This document shows positions 1 through 9,856 of a stretch of 56,051 nucleotides of DNA, in pieces (within the stretch, counting starts at the first letter, position 1; the number at the start of each line of letters is the position of its first letter). This stretch comes from a virus (taxonomy: Duplodnaviria > Caudoviricetes). The stretch lies in the IMG/VR virus record IMGVR_UViG_3300031673_016563, positions 1-56,051 of that record, one strand, 5' to 3'. The position numbers were made by a program, and so were the translations under genes. Below the pieces are notes generated by a model that saw only the letters and a list, made by a program, of their open reading frames with translations, had not been told where the DNA came from and searched no databases.

Positions 1-543
1 ATGAATAATAGATTAATAAATATAGCTATCAATGGATACCCAAGATCCGGAAAGGATACATTTGTGGATCTTTGCAAAGAGGTTTCGAAATTTAGAGTAG
101 TGTGTAAATATTCCTCAGTTGATCAAGTAAAAAGTGCTGCTCGTTTATTTGGGTGGGATGGCATCAAGGATAAAGATACCAGGGCCTTTTTATCTCTTCT
201 GAAGGATGAGTCGGACAAAGTTTTCGATACATCCTTCAGATATATGATGAATAAAATTGAATGTCACTCCAGATTCATTGATAAATGGAATATTCAGAAT
301 CAATATTTTCTCTTTTTTGCTATAAGAGAGCCTGAGAATATTAAGAGATTTTGTCAGGAGTTTGATAATACACATACTTTGTTCATTCGTCGGGACGGAC
401 TTGAAGAATTTGATAATCATGCGGATAGAAATGTGAATAATTATGCTTATGAATTTGTCATTGATAATAATGGGGGTATAGATGAATTGAGAGTTAAGGC
501 TGAGAAATTTTTGGATAATTTTAAGATAGGGGATGTCCAATGA
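1..543 (+). CDS. P-loop nucleotide monophosphate kinase-like protein
   Basis: N-terminal Walker A-like IAINGYPRSGKDTF; C-terminal IDNNG..LR typical of phage dNMP-kinase-like proteins. Confidence 0.55.
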   Translation: MNNRLINIAINGYPRSGKDTFVDLCKEVSKFRVVCKYSSVDQVKSAARLFGWDGIKDKDTRAFLSLLKDESDKVFDTSFRYMMNKIECHSRFIDKWNIQNQYFLFFAIREPENIKRFCQEFDNTHTLFIRRDGLEEFDNHADRNVNNYAYEFVIDNNGGIDELRVKAEKFLDNFKIGDVQ

Positions 544-716
544 TGTGTGAAGAAATGAAAAAGGCAATATTAAAAGTCTCTAAAGAATTATCCGATATGG
601 AGTGTGAGGAATTTAGAGAAGAATTTGAGAGGCATATTTCAGGGGATATCTCTCAAATTCTTTTGGAATCGGGATATATTGATGCTAATTTCAGTGAGAA
701 TAATTCTGATATATAA
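543..716 (+). CDS. small hypothetical protein (57 aa, not in ORF track)
   Basis: ATG overlaps upstream TGA, GGGG-rich SD upstream, open frame MCEEMKKAIL...NNSDI. Confidence 0.45.
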   Translation: MCEEMKKAILKVSKELSDMECEEFREEFERHISGDISQILLESGYIDANFSENNSDI

Positions 717-763
717 TAAATATCTTTTAAAAATTCATAGGAAATAATGTCAGGAGTATAAAT

Positions 764-967
764 TTGGAAACTTATCGGGTTATAGAGATTTTAAATAAGG
801 ATAAAAATGTTTTTTGGTATCTTGATGATATTGGACATAAATTAACCACGGGTGAAAAATACAAATTTGCTTTTGAGTCTTATTTGAAAAATAAAAATTA
901 TAATATTGATTATAATAAAGTTAATTGGAAACAGGTGAAAAAAGAAATGGATATACATTTAGATTGA
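764..967 (+). CDS. hypothetical protein
   Basis: TTG start behind AGGAG; fills the intergenic gap. Confidence 0.5.
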   Translation: METYRVIEILNKDKNVFWYLDDIGHKLTTGEKYKFAFESYLKNKNYNIDYNKVNWKQVKKEMDIHLD

Positions 968-977
968 TTGGAGTAGT

Positions 978-1193
978 ATGAAAAAATTAAATATAGCTAA
1001 AAAATCGAGTGTAGCTTTTGTTGATAGATGTCTTAAATCGGATATTGTAGATGGGAAAGAGTATTGTATCTACAAGGAGGGGCGTCCTAAGAGTGATCAA
1101 CCTAAGGGGTTCCCTAAACATTTTGAAACTAAGGGTGAGGCTGAGAAATATTTGCAACAGATGGAAATGTTCAAGGATTTAGCTAAAAAATAA
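978..1193 (+). CDS. small protein with MKKLNI N-terminal motif, putative internal head protein
   Basis: GGAG SD; N-terminus shared with seven other ORFs in the window. Confidence 0.55.
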   Translation: MKKLNIAKKSSVAFVDRCLKSDIVDGKEYCIYKEGRPKSDQPKGFPKHFETKGEAEKYLQQMEMFKDLAKK

Positions 1194-1207
1194 GGAGTAT
1201 ATAAAAA

Positions 1208-1687
1208 ATGATTAATTTTGAAAATGAGGTTTTTGAAAGTATAGAAAAAAAGAAATCTTTTACGGCGGGCAGCAATGTTGCTAAAATGGAGAAGGTTCTA
1301 GAGATTACTCCAGCTAAGTTGAAAAGTCAAATGTATAATATTATATCTAAATATACAGGATTGTATAGCGATGATAGCTGGCAAGCTATCACTAAAATGA
1401 TGGGGGAGCTTACCAAATTACTTCCGAATTTAACCGTTATTGGTTCGGAGTATAAGCATGATGAGAAGGGTCAGCCCAATCGTAAGATATGGAATTATGC
1501 CGGAGTAGTCAAGGATAAGAAAGGTAAATATCAAATTGTTGTGGTGGATACAACGGCTCATGGTGCAGGGTCAATTAAAGACCCTTTGGATAAGTATGAT
1601 ATTACTTGTTTAGTGAACATATTAAGCCCTAATTCAATTAAAGATTTGGATCTTCGGGATTACATTGATTCTTTAAACCTGAAGTAA
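1208..1687 (+). CDS. hypothetical protein
   Basis: AAGGAG SD, 159 aa ORF. Confidence 0.65.
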   Translation: MINFENEVFESIEKKKSFTAGSNVAKMEKVLEITPAKLKSQMYNIISKYTGLYSDDSWQAITKMMGELTKLLPNLTVIGSEYKHDEKGQPNRKIWNYAGVVKDKKGKYQIVVVDTTAHGAGSIKDPLDKYDITCLVNILSPNSIKDLDLRDYIDSLNLK

Positions 1688-1696
1688 GGAAGTTTA

Positions 1697-2245
1697 ATGG
1701 AATTATCCCCAAGACCCAAAGCCCATATAGTCATTCTTAACTTTTACAAATGGTCCCTATTACAGCGGTCTCCAAAAATAGATCGGATGCTCAATAATGT
1801 GTTTGATTGGGAATTGGAGGTAATATTCAAAGAGTTTACAATTTATATAATGAATTTGTATAAATCTTTGATTTTACACGCTATAAGAGAGCAGAAGTTT
1901 CCTAAGAAATATAAGCCTTTAAGTCCTAACTATGTCAAATATAAGAAAGATAATAGGATGAAGCAGGGTTTTTGGCAGGCCACGGGGTTTAGCCAGGTCA
2001 ATTTGGATTTTTGGAGGTTGAGAAAGGGGTACTACGCTATAGGATTTAAGAGAAATTTAGTACATCCTGCGAGCGGGGAGAAGGTGTGGAAGATTCATAA
2101 TTACGTAGAAAAAGGTACAAGTAAAATGCCTCCGAGACCATTGTACGGGCCTATAGCAAAGTCAATTCAGAAGAACATATATTCGGTACATTTTAAGAGA
2201 TTTGTGAAAGATCGTCGCCCGGAGTTATTAAAGTTTTTAGATTAG
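1697..2245 (+). CDS. putative neck/tail-completion (HK97 gp10-like) virion morphogenesis protein
   Basis: EKGTSKMPPRPL motif and PLSPNYVKYK, typical of this class. Confidence 0.55.
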   Translation: MELSPRPKAHIVILNFYKWSLLQRSPKIDRMLNNVFDWELEVIFKEFTIYIMNLYKSLILHAIREQKFPKKYKPLSPNYVKYKKDNRMKQGFWQATGFSQVNLDFWRLRKGYYAIGFKRNLVHPASGEKVWKIHNYVEKGTSKMPPRPLYGPIAKSIQKNIYSVHFKRFVKDRRPELLKFLD

Positions 2246-2291
2246 ATATAGCCGATAACTCCGTACAAATTTAAGAAAGTGAGTTTAAGAA

Positions 2292-3821
2292 ATGAAAATT
2301 ATATTTGTTGCTTCAGATTTCAGCGGCCTTGGCAAAGGTACCTTTGCAGCCTCTCTGGGGAGAGTGCTATTATCTTTTGGAGTAAGCACTAAAATCATGA
2401 AAAATGATCTATATTTCAATTATGATGCGGGCACAATAAATCCGGGGGAGCATGGGGAGGTTTATGTTCTCAAGGATGGTACGGAAGTTGATCAAGATTT
2501 TGGAATTTACGAGAGGTTCTTAAATCTTGAACATACCAGCACAGATTATATGACCTCAGGTAGATTATTTCATGAGATTTATTTGAGGGAGAGAGCTGGA
2601 GAATATTTAGGTCAAACGGTATCTATTGAGCATATCATTCAGGAATTAAAGCAAAAAATAATTAATTTTGCGGAAACTTGCCAGGTGGGTATTGTTGAGT
2701 TAGGGGCTACCGTGGGGGATATTAAAGGAGTCTATATAATAGAGGCTTGTAGACAGTTGATTAATGAATTAGGCCCTGAGAATACGTCATTTGTTCTTCT
2801 ATCTTATATACCCTATCTGAATAATGTGGGTGAATTGAAGACCATGGGTTGTCAGAGAAGTGTAGGGGTACTGCGGAGTAAAGGTATTAAGCCCGATATC
2901 ATTATCGCTAGGAGTTCAGAGTGCGATGAATTACCGGATTACCAAATGGATAAAATCCAACTTTATTGTGAGATACCTAAGGAAGCTGTATATTGTTTTC
3001 CGGATCTTCCTGATTATTACCAGATTCCGAAAAGGATTCGATCAACCTCATTACACACTTATATTTCTAATAAAATGGGTATTCCTCTGAAGGAGGATAA
3101 ATTAGATGATTGGTATGAAAATAATTTTAGTCCAGCGTTACCTTTTAGAGTGGCTTTATTAGGAAAATATGCTCATCAAGATGCTTATATCTCAATTGTG
3201 AATCAACTCAAAATGTTTGGCGTTACCTCAGTTGATTTTATTTCAGGGCCGGATGAATCATTAAAGGATTATGATGGGAGTATAGTTCCAGGGGGTTGGG
3301 GATATCGAGGTATTGAGGATATTATATCAGGTATAACAATTTGTAGAGAGAATCATATTCCATGTTTAGGTATCTGTTTAGGTCTTCAATTGATGATAAT
3401 TGAATATGCTAGGAACGTTCTTGGTATGAAAAATGCAAATAGTTTAGAATTTGATGAGTTCACGGAGTGGCCGGTGGTTACCTTACAGGAGGATCAAAAG
3501 AAAGAATCAGGTTTAGGGGGCACAGCGAGGTTAGGGGATTGGGTTACGAATTTAGATCTTAAGAGTAGGTTAAGAAAAATATACGGTCATTGGAGTATCA
3601 CACAACGTCATAGGCATAGATACGAGATTTCACCACATTATAGTTATGGAGATTTCAAAATTGTGGGGGCGGACTCTAAAACAAAATTGATAGAGGCCAT
3701 GGAATTGGATACTCATTTATTTTATATAGGAGTGCAGTACCATCCTGAGTTCTTTATCTCAAGAAATCCGATATTCGAAGGTTTTGTAGAAGCGATGAAA
3801 GTTAATTCAATCAAAAATTAA
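2292..3821 (+). CDS. pyrG: CTP synthase
   Basis: SGLGKG, DAGTINPGEHGEVYVLKDGTEVDQDFGIYERF, GATase GICLGLQ, RHRHRYE, QYHPEF. Confidence 0.96.
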   Translation: MKIIFVASDFSGLGKGTFAASLGRVLLSFGVSTKIMKNDLYFNYDAGTINPGEHGEVYVLKDGTEVDQDFGIYERFLNLEHTSTDYMTSGRLFHEIYLRERAGEYLGQTVSIEHIIQELKQKIINFAETCQVGIVELGATVGDIKGVYIIEACRQLINELGPENTSFVLLSYIPYLNNVGELKTMGCQRSVGVLRSKGIKPDIIIARSSECDELPDYQMDKIQLYCEIPKEAVYCFPDLPDYYQIPKRIRSTSLHTYISNKMGIPLKEDKLDDWYENNFSPALPFRVALLGKYAHQDAYISIVNQLKMFGVTSVDFISGPDESLKDYDGSIVPGGWGYRGIEDIISGITICRENHIPCLGICLGLQLMIIEYARNVLGMKNANSLEFDEFTEWPVVTLQEDQKKESGLGGTARLGDWVTNLDLKSRLRKIYGHWSITQRHRHRYEISPHYSYGDFKIVGADSKTKLIEAMELDTHLFYIGVQYHPEFFISRNPIFEGFVEAMKVNSIKN

Positions 3822-3840
3822 GTTAAAAGGAGTTCAAATT

Positions 3841-5475
3841 ATGAACAGTCAAGAAATTCTAAGTGCAATTCACAGTGCAACAATTCAAGAAAAGTTTGGT
3901 AAGGGTAATATTCGGGGGGATAGAAAATATGAATTGCATTATACAAAAGGAAGAAAGTTTGATAAGCCTGTATTGATTCGGGGTACAAAAAAACAGTTTC
4001 TACCTAATAAGGAGATTGTGAGTTTTGATGCTGAAAATTATTGTTCAATTAATGAACTGGTAGCGATGTGTTCAAAGGTAGATAATAGTCTTCAATTGGA
4101 TACTATTCCCAATATTGCGGAAATAACTTTAGAATTTATTAACGAGGGTTATTTGGTATTAAAACATGATAGCTCTGAGGGGGTTAAATATTATGCTATA
4201 TCTACTCCTTCGGAAGAAAATGATGGAAATAGTCCTGCATTTCACAAATGGTCCGATTTGTTGAAAGTTCCATATGCTTATTCGAAGAAAAATCCTTCTC
4301 ATTTGAATGAAGCCAACTTTGAGTACTGGAAGACCAATCTTACAACGGTTCAAAATAAGGAAACCCCCATTGATATCATCTATATGAAGGAAGAAATCAA
4401 CATTGATTGCGGGGAAGAGAATTATAATGCTTTTTTGGTAGTAAATATTCTGCCTGCTAAGGTGACAAAGATTAGTGAGGATAGCTTTGAGGTTGAAGAT
4501 AGCTTAATAGATACCAGAGTTCCTTTGTTATCAAATATCTTAAGTAACTTGTCAAATATTATAATGCAGATAGGCCCACAATATTCGGATATGGAAGTTT
4601 CAGTTCAACAATATTCCTTAGGGTACACTGGATTAAATGAGGGAAGACATTATGTTAAATTAATCCTAGAGGGGTCAAGTCTGGAGACTCGTATTCCTGG
4701 ATATGGAGTATTAAAGCCTTGTGTTAATATCGATGCTGATTTTATTGGAAGACATTCTGATTTTGAATTCGTGAATATTTCCTTAGGTTTTATTAGAGAA
4801 GATTGTGGTATTTCCTTCATGATCCCTTTTGATGAGGATCTAAAAGATAAATTCCTTGAGGAATACATAGATCATATTAGCACTCTTAGGGAAATATTTA
4901 AATGTGATTCTCGATATACTACTTTGAAAGAGGAATGTGGATTCACTTTTAATAACGCATTCTATAATAGCAGTGTGAATTTAACCTTTGAGGCGGCTAA
5001 CGCAATGAGTCCTGAGCTAGGTATATTCCAAGATTATCTTAAATTCTTCATAAATTATAAAGATAGTTTTAAACAAGGTATATCCGATTTTTTAGATGAT
5101 TTCGAGGGGATAACTTTGAATTTAGATAGCACAGAATTCAACCCTCTAGTATGGTCGGATGAGTATAGAAAAATATTTGTGGCCTCTATGTATAATATTT
5201 CCAATTATATGAAGTTGCCTAATGATATTATAAAATTCCTTCTTGTGGAGTATATTTCCGGACAGATGTCTAAATCAAAGATCCTTGTAGCTCCTATGGA
5301 TATCCTAGAATTTGTTACGTTATTAGGGCAATCATGCAATACTAAGAAACTTCTATATGTAGAGAGAAATATTATCAAATTCGTTGATAAACTTATGGAG
5401 GTATGCAATAAGAATAAGAGTGATTTCATAATATATGATTCCCATTCAAAATATGTGGATTCAGATTTATTATGA
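3841..5475 (+). CDS. hypothetical protein (544 aa)
   Basis: AAGGAG SD, long ORF, no confidently recognised motif. Confidence 0.7.
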   Translation: MNSQEILSAIHSATIQEKFGKGNIRGDRKYELHYTKGRKFDKPVLIRGTKKQFLPNKEIVSFDAENYCSINELVAMCSKVDNSLQLDTIPNIAEITLEFINEGYLVLKHDSSEGVKYYAISTPSEENDGNSPAFHKWSDLLKVPYAYSKKNPSHLNEANFEYWKTNLTTVQNKETPIDIIYMKEEINIDCGEENYNAFLVVNILPAKVTKISEDSFEVEDSLIDTRVPLLSNILSNLSNIIMQIGPQYSDMEVSVQQYSLGYTGLNEGRHYVKLILEGSSLETRIPGYGVLKPCVNIDADFIGRHSDFEFVNISLGFIREDCGISFMIPFDEDLKDKFLEEYIDHISTLREIFKCDSRYTTLKEECGFTFNNAFYNSSVNLTFEAANAMSPELGIFQDYLKFFINYKDSFKQGISDFLDDFEGITLNLDSTEFNPLVWSDEYRKIFVASMYNISNYMKLPNDIIKFLLVEYISGQMSKSKILVAPMDILEFVTLLGQSCNTKKLLYVERNIIKFVDKLMEVCNKNKSDFIIYDSHSKYVDSDLL

Positions 5476-5518
5476 TTTTATTGTAGCTTAAATTATTCTT
5501 ATTTCATAAATAGATTAT

Positions 5519-5558
5519 AAATCGGATACTATGTTAACATAGTATCCGATTTTTGTTT
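5519..5558 (+). terminator. perfect 34-bp palindrome followed by a T tract, probable intrinsic terminator
   Basis: AAATCGGATACTATGTT|AACATAGTATCCGATTT at 5519-5552 then TTGTTT. Confidence 0.7.
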
Positions 5559-5576
5559 TAAGGATACAAATAATCT

Positions 5577-5660
5577 TATCCGGAATAGGCCGGATACCCT
5601 TGGGAATAATTCTCAAGAGAATGGCTCTATAATAGGGTCAAACATAAATTATTAATTTAT
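5577..5660 (+). promoter_or_regulatory. structured leader: consecutive hairpins upstream of the fibre gene
   Basis: stems TATCCGG/CCGGATA, CTTGGGAA/TTCTCAAG, TGGCTCTA/TAGGGTCA (G-U pairs), ATAAATT/AATTTAT. Confidence 0.45.
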
Positions 5661-5673
5661 AGGAGATAGGAGA

Positions 5674-7146
5674 ATGGCTAAACACGATAGTGCAACGAAG
5701 TTCAAAGCTACAACTATTACAGCTTCAACGGGTTTTGTAGGAGACCTCACAGGTGATGTGACCGGAGATCTTACAGGGGATGTTGTTGGTAATGTTGTGG
5801 GTAATTTAACAGGGAATATTGTTACAATATCTCAAGTTTTTGATGTTACTCCTGTGGCGGATGTCGCAGGCTCTTTAAATGATACATATTTTGAGTTTAG
5901 TACTCCGGATGTTGATTATTATGTATGGTTTAATGTAAATTCTGCTGGATCAGATCCTACATTAGCAAGTAAAACTGCTGTTCCAGTGGCTATTGCAACA
6001 GCGGCAACAGCGGCTACGATTGCTACTGCTATTCAAGTGGCTGTTGATGCTTTAACTGATGTTACGGCAACTGTAGCTACTACTGTTGTAACAATTACAA
6101 ATGATGTTGGTGGTGCTACTACTGCTCCTGCGGATACCGGATCAACAGGGTTTACGCTTACGGTTACAACGGCTGGTGTTGGTGGAACTTTATATGGGGA
6201 TATAATTGGCGATGTAACGGGTAACGTTACGGGTGATCTTACAGGCGATGTAACGGGTGATCTTACAGGTGCTGTTACCGGGAATGTCACAGGGGATGTC
6301 ACAGGTGCTGTTACCGGGAATGTAACGGGTGATCTCACTGGCGATGTAACGGGTAACGTTACGGGTGATGTTACGGGTAACGTAACGGGTGATCTCACTG
6401 GTGCTGTTACAGGGAATGTAACGGGGGATCTTACGGGTGATGTAACTGGTAACGTAACGGGTGATCTCACTGGTGCTGTTACCGGGAATGTAACGGGTGA
6501 TGTTACGGGTAACGTAACGGGTGATCTCACTGGTGCTGTTACAGGGAATGTAACGGGGAATGTGATTGGAAATTTAACCCCTACAGCGGAGATTTTTACT
6601 GTGACTCCTGTTGCGGATGTTTCGGGTTCTTTGAATGATACGTATTTTACATTTAGTTCAAGACGTATTGCTTACTACGTATGGTATAACGTAAATTCTG
6701 CGGGATCGGACCCCACCATAGCGGGAAAAGTCGCTGTTCCTGTTGCTCTTGCTACCGATGCGACTGCTGCGACTGTTGCGACTGCTACTCAGGCAGCTAT
6801 TGATGCTTTGTCTGATGTAGGAGCTACGGATGATACGGGTTCTCTTACAGTTACCCTGACAGAGGGTGGTGCCACTACTGCTCCTGTTGACACAGGAGCA
6901 ACTGGTTTCGCTTTCTCTGTGACTACTGCGGGAGTTGGCGGGTCTGCTAGTGTTGGTACTGATGTAGCGGGGGTTGTAACCGCTCCTAGTTATACGGTTT
7001 CCGAATTAGCAGGAATTCCAGCTACTACTAACACTCGTAAAATAGTTTGGTGCTCCGATGGTGATGCTGGAAGTGCTTGTCTTGCGATATCCAACGGAAC
7101 GAATTGGCTACGAGTTGCTTTAGGTGCGGCTGTTGCTACTTCATAG
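5674..7146 (+). CDS. virion fibre/decoration protein with G-[DNA]-[VL]-T tetrapeptide repeats and a duplicated internal domain
   Basis: Thr/Ala/Gly/Val-rich; two copies of VTPVADV.GSLNDTYF.FS...YYVW.NVNSAGSDPT; C-terminal YTVSEL...WCSDG...LAISNGTNW domain. Confidence 0.6.
   Translation: MAKHDSATKFKATTITASTGFVGDLTGDVTGDLTGDVVGNVVGNLTGNIVTISQVFDVTPVADVAGSLNDTYFEFSTPDVDYYVWFNVNSAGSDPTLASKTAVPVAIATAATAATIATAIQVAVDALTDVTATVATTVVTITNDVGGATTAPADTGSTGFTLTVTTAGVGGTLYGDIIGDVTGNVTGDLTGDVTGDLTGAVTGNVTGDVTGAVTGNVTGDLTGDVTGNVTGDVTGNVTGDLTGAVTGNVTGDLTGDVTGNVTGDLTGAVTGNVTGDVTGNVTGDLTGAVTGNVTGNVIGNLTPTAEIFTVTPVADVSGSLNDTYFTFSSRRIAYYVWYNVNSAGSDPTIAGKVAVPVALATDATAATVATATQAAIDALSDVGATDDTGSLTVTLTEGGATTAPVDTGATGFAFSVTTAGVGGSASVGTDVAGVVTAPSYTVSELAGIPATTNTRKIVWCSDGDAGSACLAISNGTNWLRVALGAAVATS
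6196..6579 (+). repeat. coding tandem repeat, 12-bp unit (GDVT/GNVT/GDLT/GAVT)
   Basis: about 30 degenerate 12-nt units such as GGTGATCTCACT and GGGAATGTAACG. Confidence 0.9.
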
Positions 7147-7168
7147 TAATTAGTTTAGATTTTGGTTG

Positions 7169-7197
7169 AAGGAGAGTGTATAATATGCACTCTCCTT
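7169..7197 (+). terminator. hairpin after fibre gene, probable terminator or attenuator
   Basis: AAGGAGAGTGTAT-AAT-ATGCACTCTCCTT. Confidence 0.6.
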
Positions 7198-7223
7198 ATA
7201 AATAAAGATATGAGGTATGGTAT

Positions 7224-7496
7224 ATGGTTAAGCATACGAGTGCGGGGAATTTGAAATGTAAAGTAATGAGGGTGACTACAGCGTATATAGGTAAGATATT
7301 CGGAAATTTAGTTGGATCTATTGTATTACCGGAATATACGGCACAGGAATTGCATAATATGATATCGGAAGATAATCTAGGTAAGATTGTAATATGCTCA
7401 GATGGGAATCATGGAACTAGTTGTTTAGCTAGGTTTAACGGGGTAAGTTGGAAAATAATTGCTATAGAGGATGATATAATCTCTTCTATAGATTGA
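7224..7496 (+). CDS. short paralogue of the upstream fibre protein (N- and C-terminal parts only)
   Basis: MVKHTSA vs MAKHDSA; PEYTAQEL..KIVICSDG..GTSCLA..NG..W vs PSYTVSEL..KIVWCSDG..GSACLA..NG..W. Confidence 0.7.
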   Translation: MVKHTSAGNLKCKVMRVTTAYIGKIFGNLVGSIVLPEYTAQELHNMISEDNLGKIVICSDGNHGTSCLARFNGVSWKIIAIEDDIISSID

Positions 7497-7508
7497 GGTA
7501 TAAAAATA

Positions 7509-8090
7509 ATGCCGAATAAGTATGAAATGATTGATAAAACCATAAGTAATTTGTATAAGATCGCGGATAAATCTTATACAAATTACTCAGACTTGTTGGA
7601 GGAGTTTAATATATTGGATTTGAATGATATTCAAAAATTATCTCCTGCAAATATTGAACAATTGTTCAAAAAAACTAACAATATATTAAAAGGTAAAGCG
7701 AGCATGGGTAAGAAAACATATGGCGGTAAGGAATTTGATGTAGAATTAGAGAAATTATTATTTAGACAGGCTGTCAAGTTAGCGGCGGAGGAAGAACCCC
7801 CTAAAGAAGAACCCCCTAAAGAAGAACCCCCTAAAGAAGAAGCTCCTAAGGAAGAAGCTCCTAAGGAAGAGGAAACTGAGCAGGTAGAGGGAAAGAAGAT
7901 TGAGGATATTGTGAAAGATCAACAGATTGCATTAATGGATAAATTTAATGCGGTTAAATCCTTTAAGCCAGGTAGATCTGAAGCTATTAACTTCAGAAAT
8001 GCTATCAGTGAATTGATCAAAGTGTCCGAAGATACCGTTAAGATCATCAATGATTATTATGCTAAAGAACTTGGCGGCACTGAGGAGTAA
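7509..8090 (+). CDS. hypothetical protein with EEPPK/EEAPK repeat
   Basis: GAGG SD; 15-bp coding repeat x5 near 7791-7870. Confidence 0.7.
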   Translation: MPNKYEMIDKTISNLYKIADKSYTNYSDLLEEFNILDLNDIQKLSPANIEQLFKKTNNILKGKASMGKKTYGGKEFDVELEKLLFRQAVKLAAEEEPPKEEPPKEEPPKEEAPKEEAPKEEETEQVEGKKIEDIVKDQQIALMDKFNAVKSFKPGRSEAINFRNAISELIKVSEDTVKIINDYYAKELGGTEE

Positions 8091-8119
8091 TTATAAACTT
8101 AATACCTTATGGAGTAGTC

Positions 8120-8752
8120 ATGAATCAATTAAAGTCAATAGAAGAAAAAGCAAGTTATTTGTATGAGGCTAATAGAGCGTATAGGGAGGGTAATCCTATA
8201 ATATCGGATGATGTGTATGATTACCTTGAGCGAGAGGTAAGAGAATTAGATCCTGATAATGAAGTTCTAAGTAAGATTCGAGATCATGATTTTGGGGTAA
8301 CGAAGAAATTAACTATCGCTATGGGTAGCCAGGATAAAGCTCGTAATTTAGAGGAGATGGGTAGATTTTATAATAGGATTGATAGTAATGATCTTATATG
8401 TGCTTCTGAGAAACTGGATGGAATGAGTTTTGAGTTAACCTATAAGCATGGAAATTTTGTTAGTGCTATTTCCAGGGGGGATGGAGAATATGGTGTCGAT
8501 TATACCTCCATCATGATCGGCGCAAAGGATATCCCCCCTAAGATATCTTATGGGGGAACACTTATTGTTCGAGGGGAGGTTTTAATACTTAAAAGTGATT
8601 TACCTTCATTAAATAAGGAGCTTGAAGCTGAGGGTAGAGATACCTATATTAATACTAGAAATGGTGTATCGGGGATTGTTAAGACTTTAAAGAATGTAAA
8701 ATATTCTAAATATATTACATTCAGAGCATTTAACGTAATAAAAATAGATTAG
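8120..8752 (+). CDS. ligA: NAD+-dependent DNA ligase, fragment 1 (domain Ia and N-terminal adenylation domain)
   Basis: AY..G.PIISDDVYD, MGSQDK, adenylation motif EKLDG, SRGDG, VRGEV, NTRN. Confidence 0.9.
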   Translation: MNQLKSIEEKASYLYEANRAYREGNPIISDDVYDYLEREVRELDPDNEVLSKIRDHDFGVTKKLTIAMGSQDKARNLEEMGRFYNRIDSNDLICASEKLDGMSFELTYKHGNFVSAISRGDGEYGVDYTSIMIGAKDIPPKISYGGTLIVRGEVLILKSDLPSLNKELEAEGRDTYINTRNGVSGIVKTLKNVKYSKYITFRAFNVIKID

Positions 8753-8762
8753 GAGTGAAATA

Positions 8763-9140
8763 TTGTACAAAAGTAGTCTTCGCAAGTATAGAAGAAAAAA
8801 AGAGGATGATTTAGAACCCTTGAAAAAAGTTCCGGATTATACCAATCAGAAAAAGAGAGGATCTTTTTCTGCGGATAAACATACGGCTTTGAATGTAAAT
8901 CGAATTTATTTTGTGGATGAAAATTATGATCGATTGATAGTATCCTCAGAAGAGGTGCGAACGGGGGGAGATCTTACAAGATTCACAGGTCAATTACCCT
9001 TTATTCCTGAGCGGGGGGATATTTTGTCAAATGATGATTTCTCTCGAAGATTTGAAGTTATCCGAAGACATATGGTTCCTCAACTCTCAACAAATATTCC
9101 TCCGAAAATTTATATAGTGATGAAAGAAATTAAAGTGTAA
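8763..9140 (+). CDS. hypothetical protein
   Basis: TTG start behind AGGAG. Confidence 0.6.
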   Translation: MYKSSLRKYRRKKEDDLEPLKKVPDYTNQKKRGSFSADKHTALNVNRIYFVDENYDRLIVSSEEVRTGGDLTRFTGQLPFIPERGDILSNDDFSRRFEVIRRHMVPQLSTNIPPKIYIVMKEIKV

Positions 9141-9173
9141 AATTTTCTAGAGTTAAATCGAATATATAGTATA
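9136..9173 (+). promoter_or_regulatory. conserved bipartite phage promoter-like motif, copy 1
   Basis: TGTAAAATTTT...ATCGAATATATAGTATA, boxes 21 nt apart, upstream of SD and ATG 9203. Confidence 0.7.
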
Positions 9174-9202
9174 AGTCAAATAAATTTAAAAGGAGATTCA
9201 AA

Positions 9203-9463
9203 ATGAAAATCGGGGATAGGGTCAAAATAAGAGCTTCAAGGAATACGATATCTGAATTATGGGATGTTGTGGGCACCATAGTAAAAGAAAGATTCATTGA
9301 TAAATCAATTACAAGAGAATATTATGATAGAACCCTTGAGCAATGCCCAGATGAGATGTTGTATACTATGTCCTTTGATTTTCCTTTAGAGTGTGAGAGT
9401 ATCAATTTGAATGGATACAAGGGTCTTTTGATTTACGAGAGTGATGTGGAAGCCTTAAGTTAA
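9203..9463 (+). CDS. hypothetical protein, KOW/SH3-like start
   Basis: MKIGDRVKI N-terminus; AAGGAG SD. Confidence 0.65.
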   Translation: MKIGDRVKIRASRNTISELWDVVGTIVKERFIDKSITREYYDRTLEQCPDEMLYTMSFDFPLECESINLNGYKGLLIYESDVEALS

Positions 9464-9564
9464 TGGTCGCCGGGGGGACTGAGGGATATAATTCATTATT
9501 TGTAACAGAGATAAATATTATAACCTTCCTCTCCTTGGATTAAAAAGTAAGGGGGATTAAACAA

Positions 9565-9804
9565 ATGGAAGAAAATACAGTACTAAAACAGGCTAAAGCC
9601 AATCTGGAGCAATTTTTGCAAGAGAACCCTGATATGATTAAATATCAAAGAGAAATAGATTTAGCTTTAATGGGGATTGATGACGCTGCTTTGAGAGTAA
9701 GTGTTCTTATGAGTAAGATTTCAAATAATATGTCTGAAATTAGAGGTTTGTCTGTGGAGTTGGCTAATCAGTTATCCAAGGGGTTACCTAAAGAGTTAAA
9801 ATAG
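9565..9804 (+). CDS. hypothetical helical protein
   Basis: AAGGGGG SD, 79 aa ORF. Confidence 0.6.
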   Translation: MEENTVLKQAKANLEQFLQENPDMIKYQREIDLALMGIDDAALRVSVLMSKISNNMSEIRGLSVELANQLSKGLPKELK

Positions 9805-9856
9805 GTCTCCAATAGTTGCGGATTCTAAGAAATAGATTAAATTAAGGAGCAATAAA

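Noticed and set aside
683-720. Eighth copy of the bipartite promoter motif
   Set aside because: Only the TATATAATAAA tail matches; both boxes are too degenerate.
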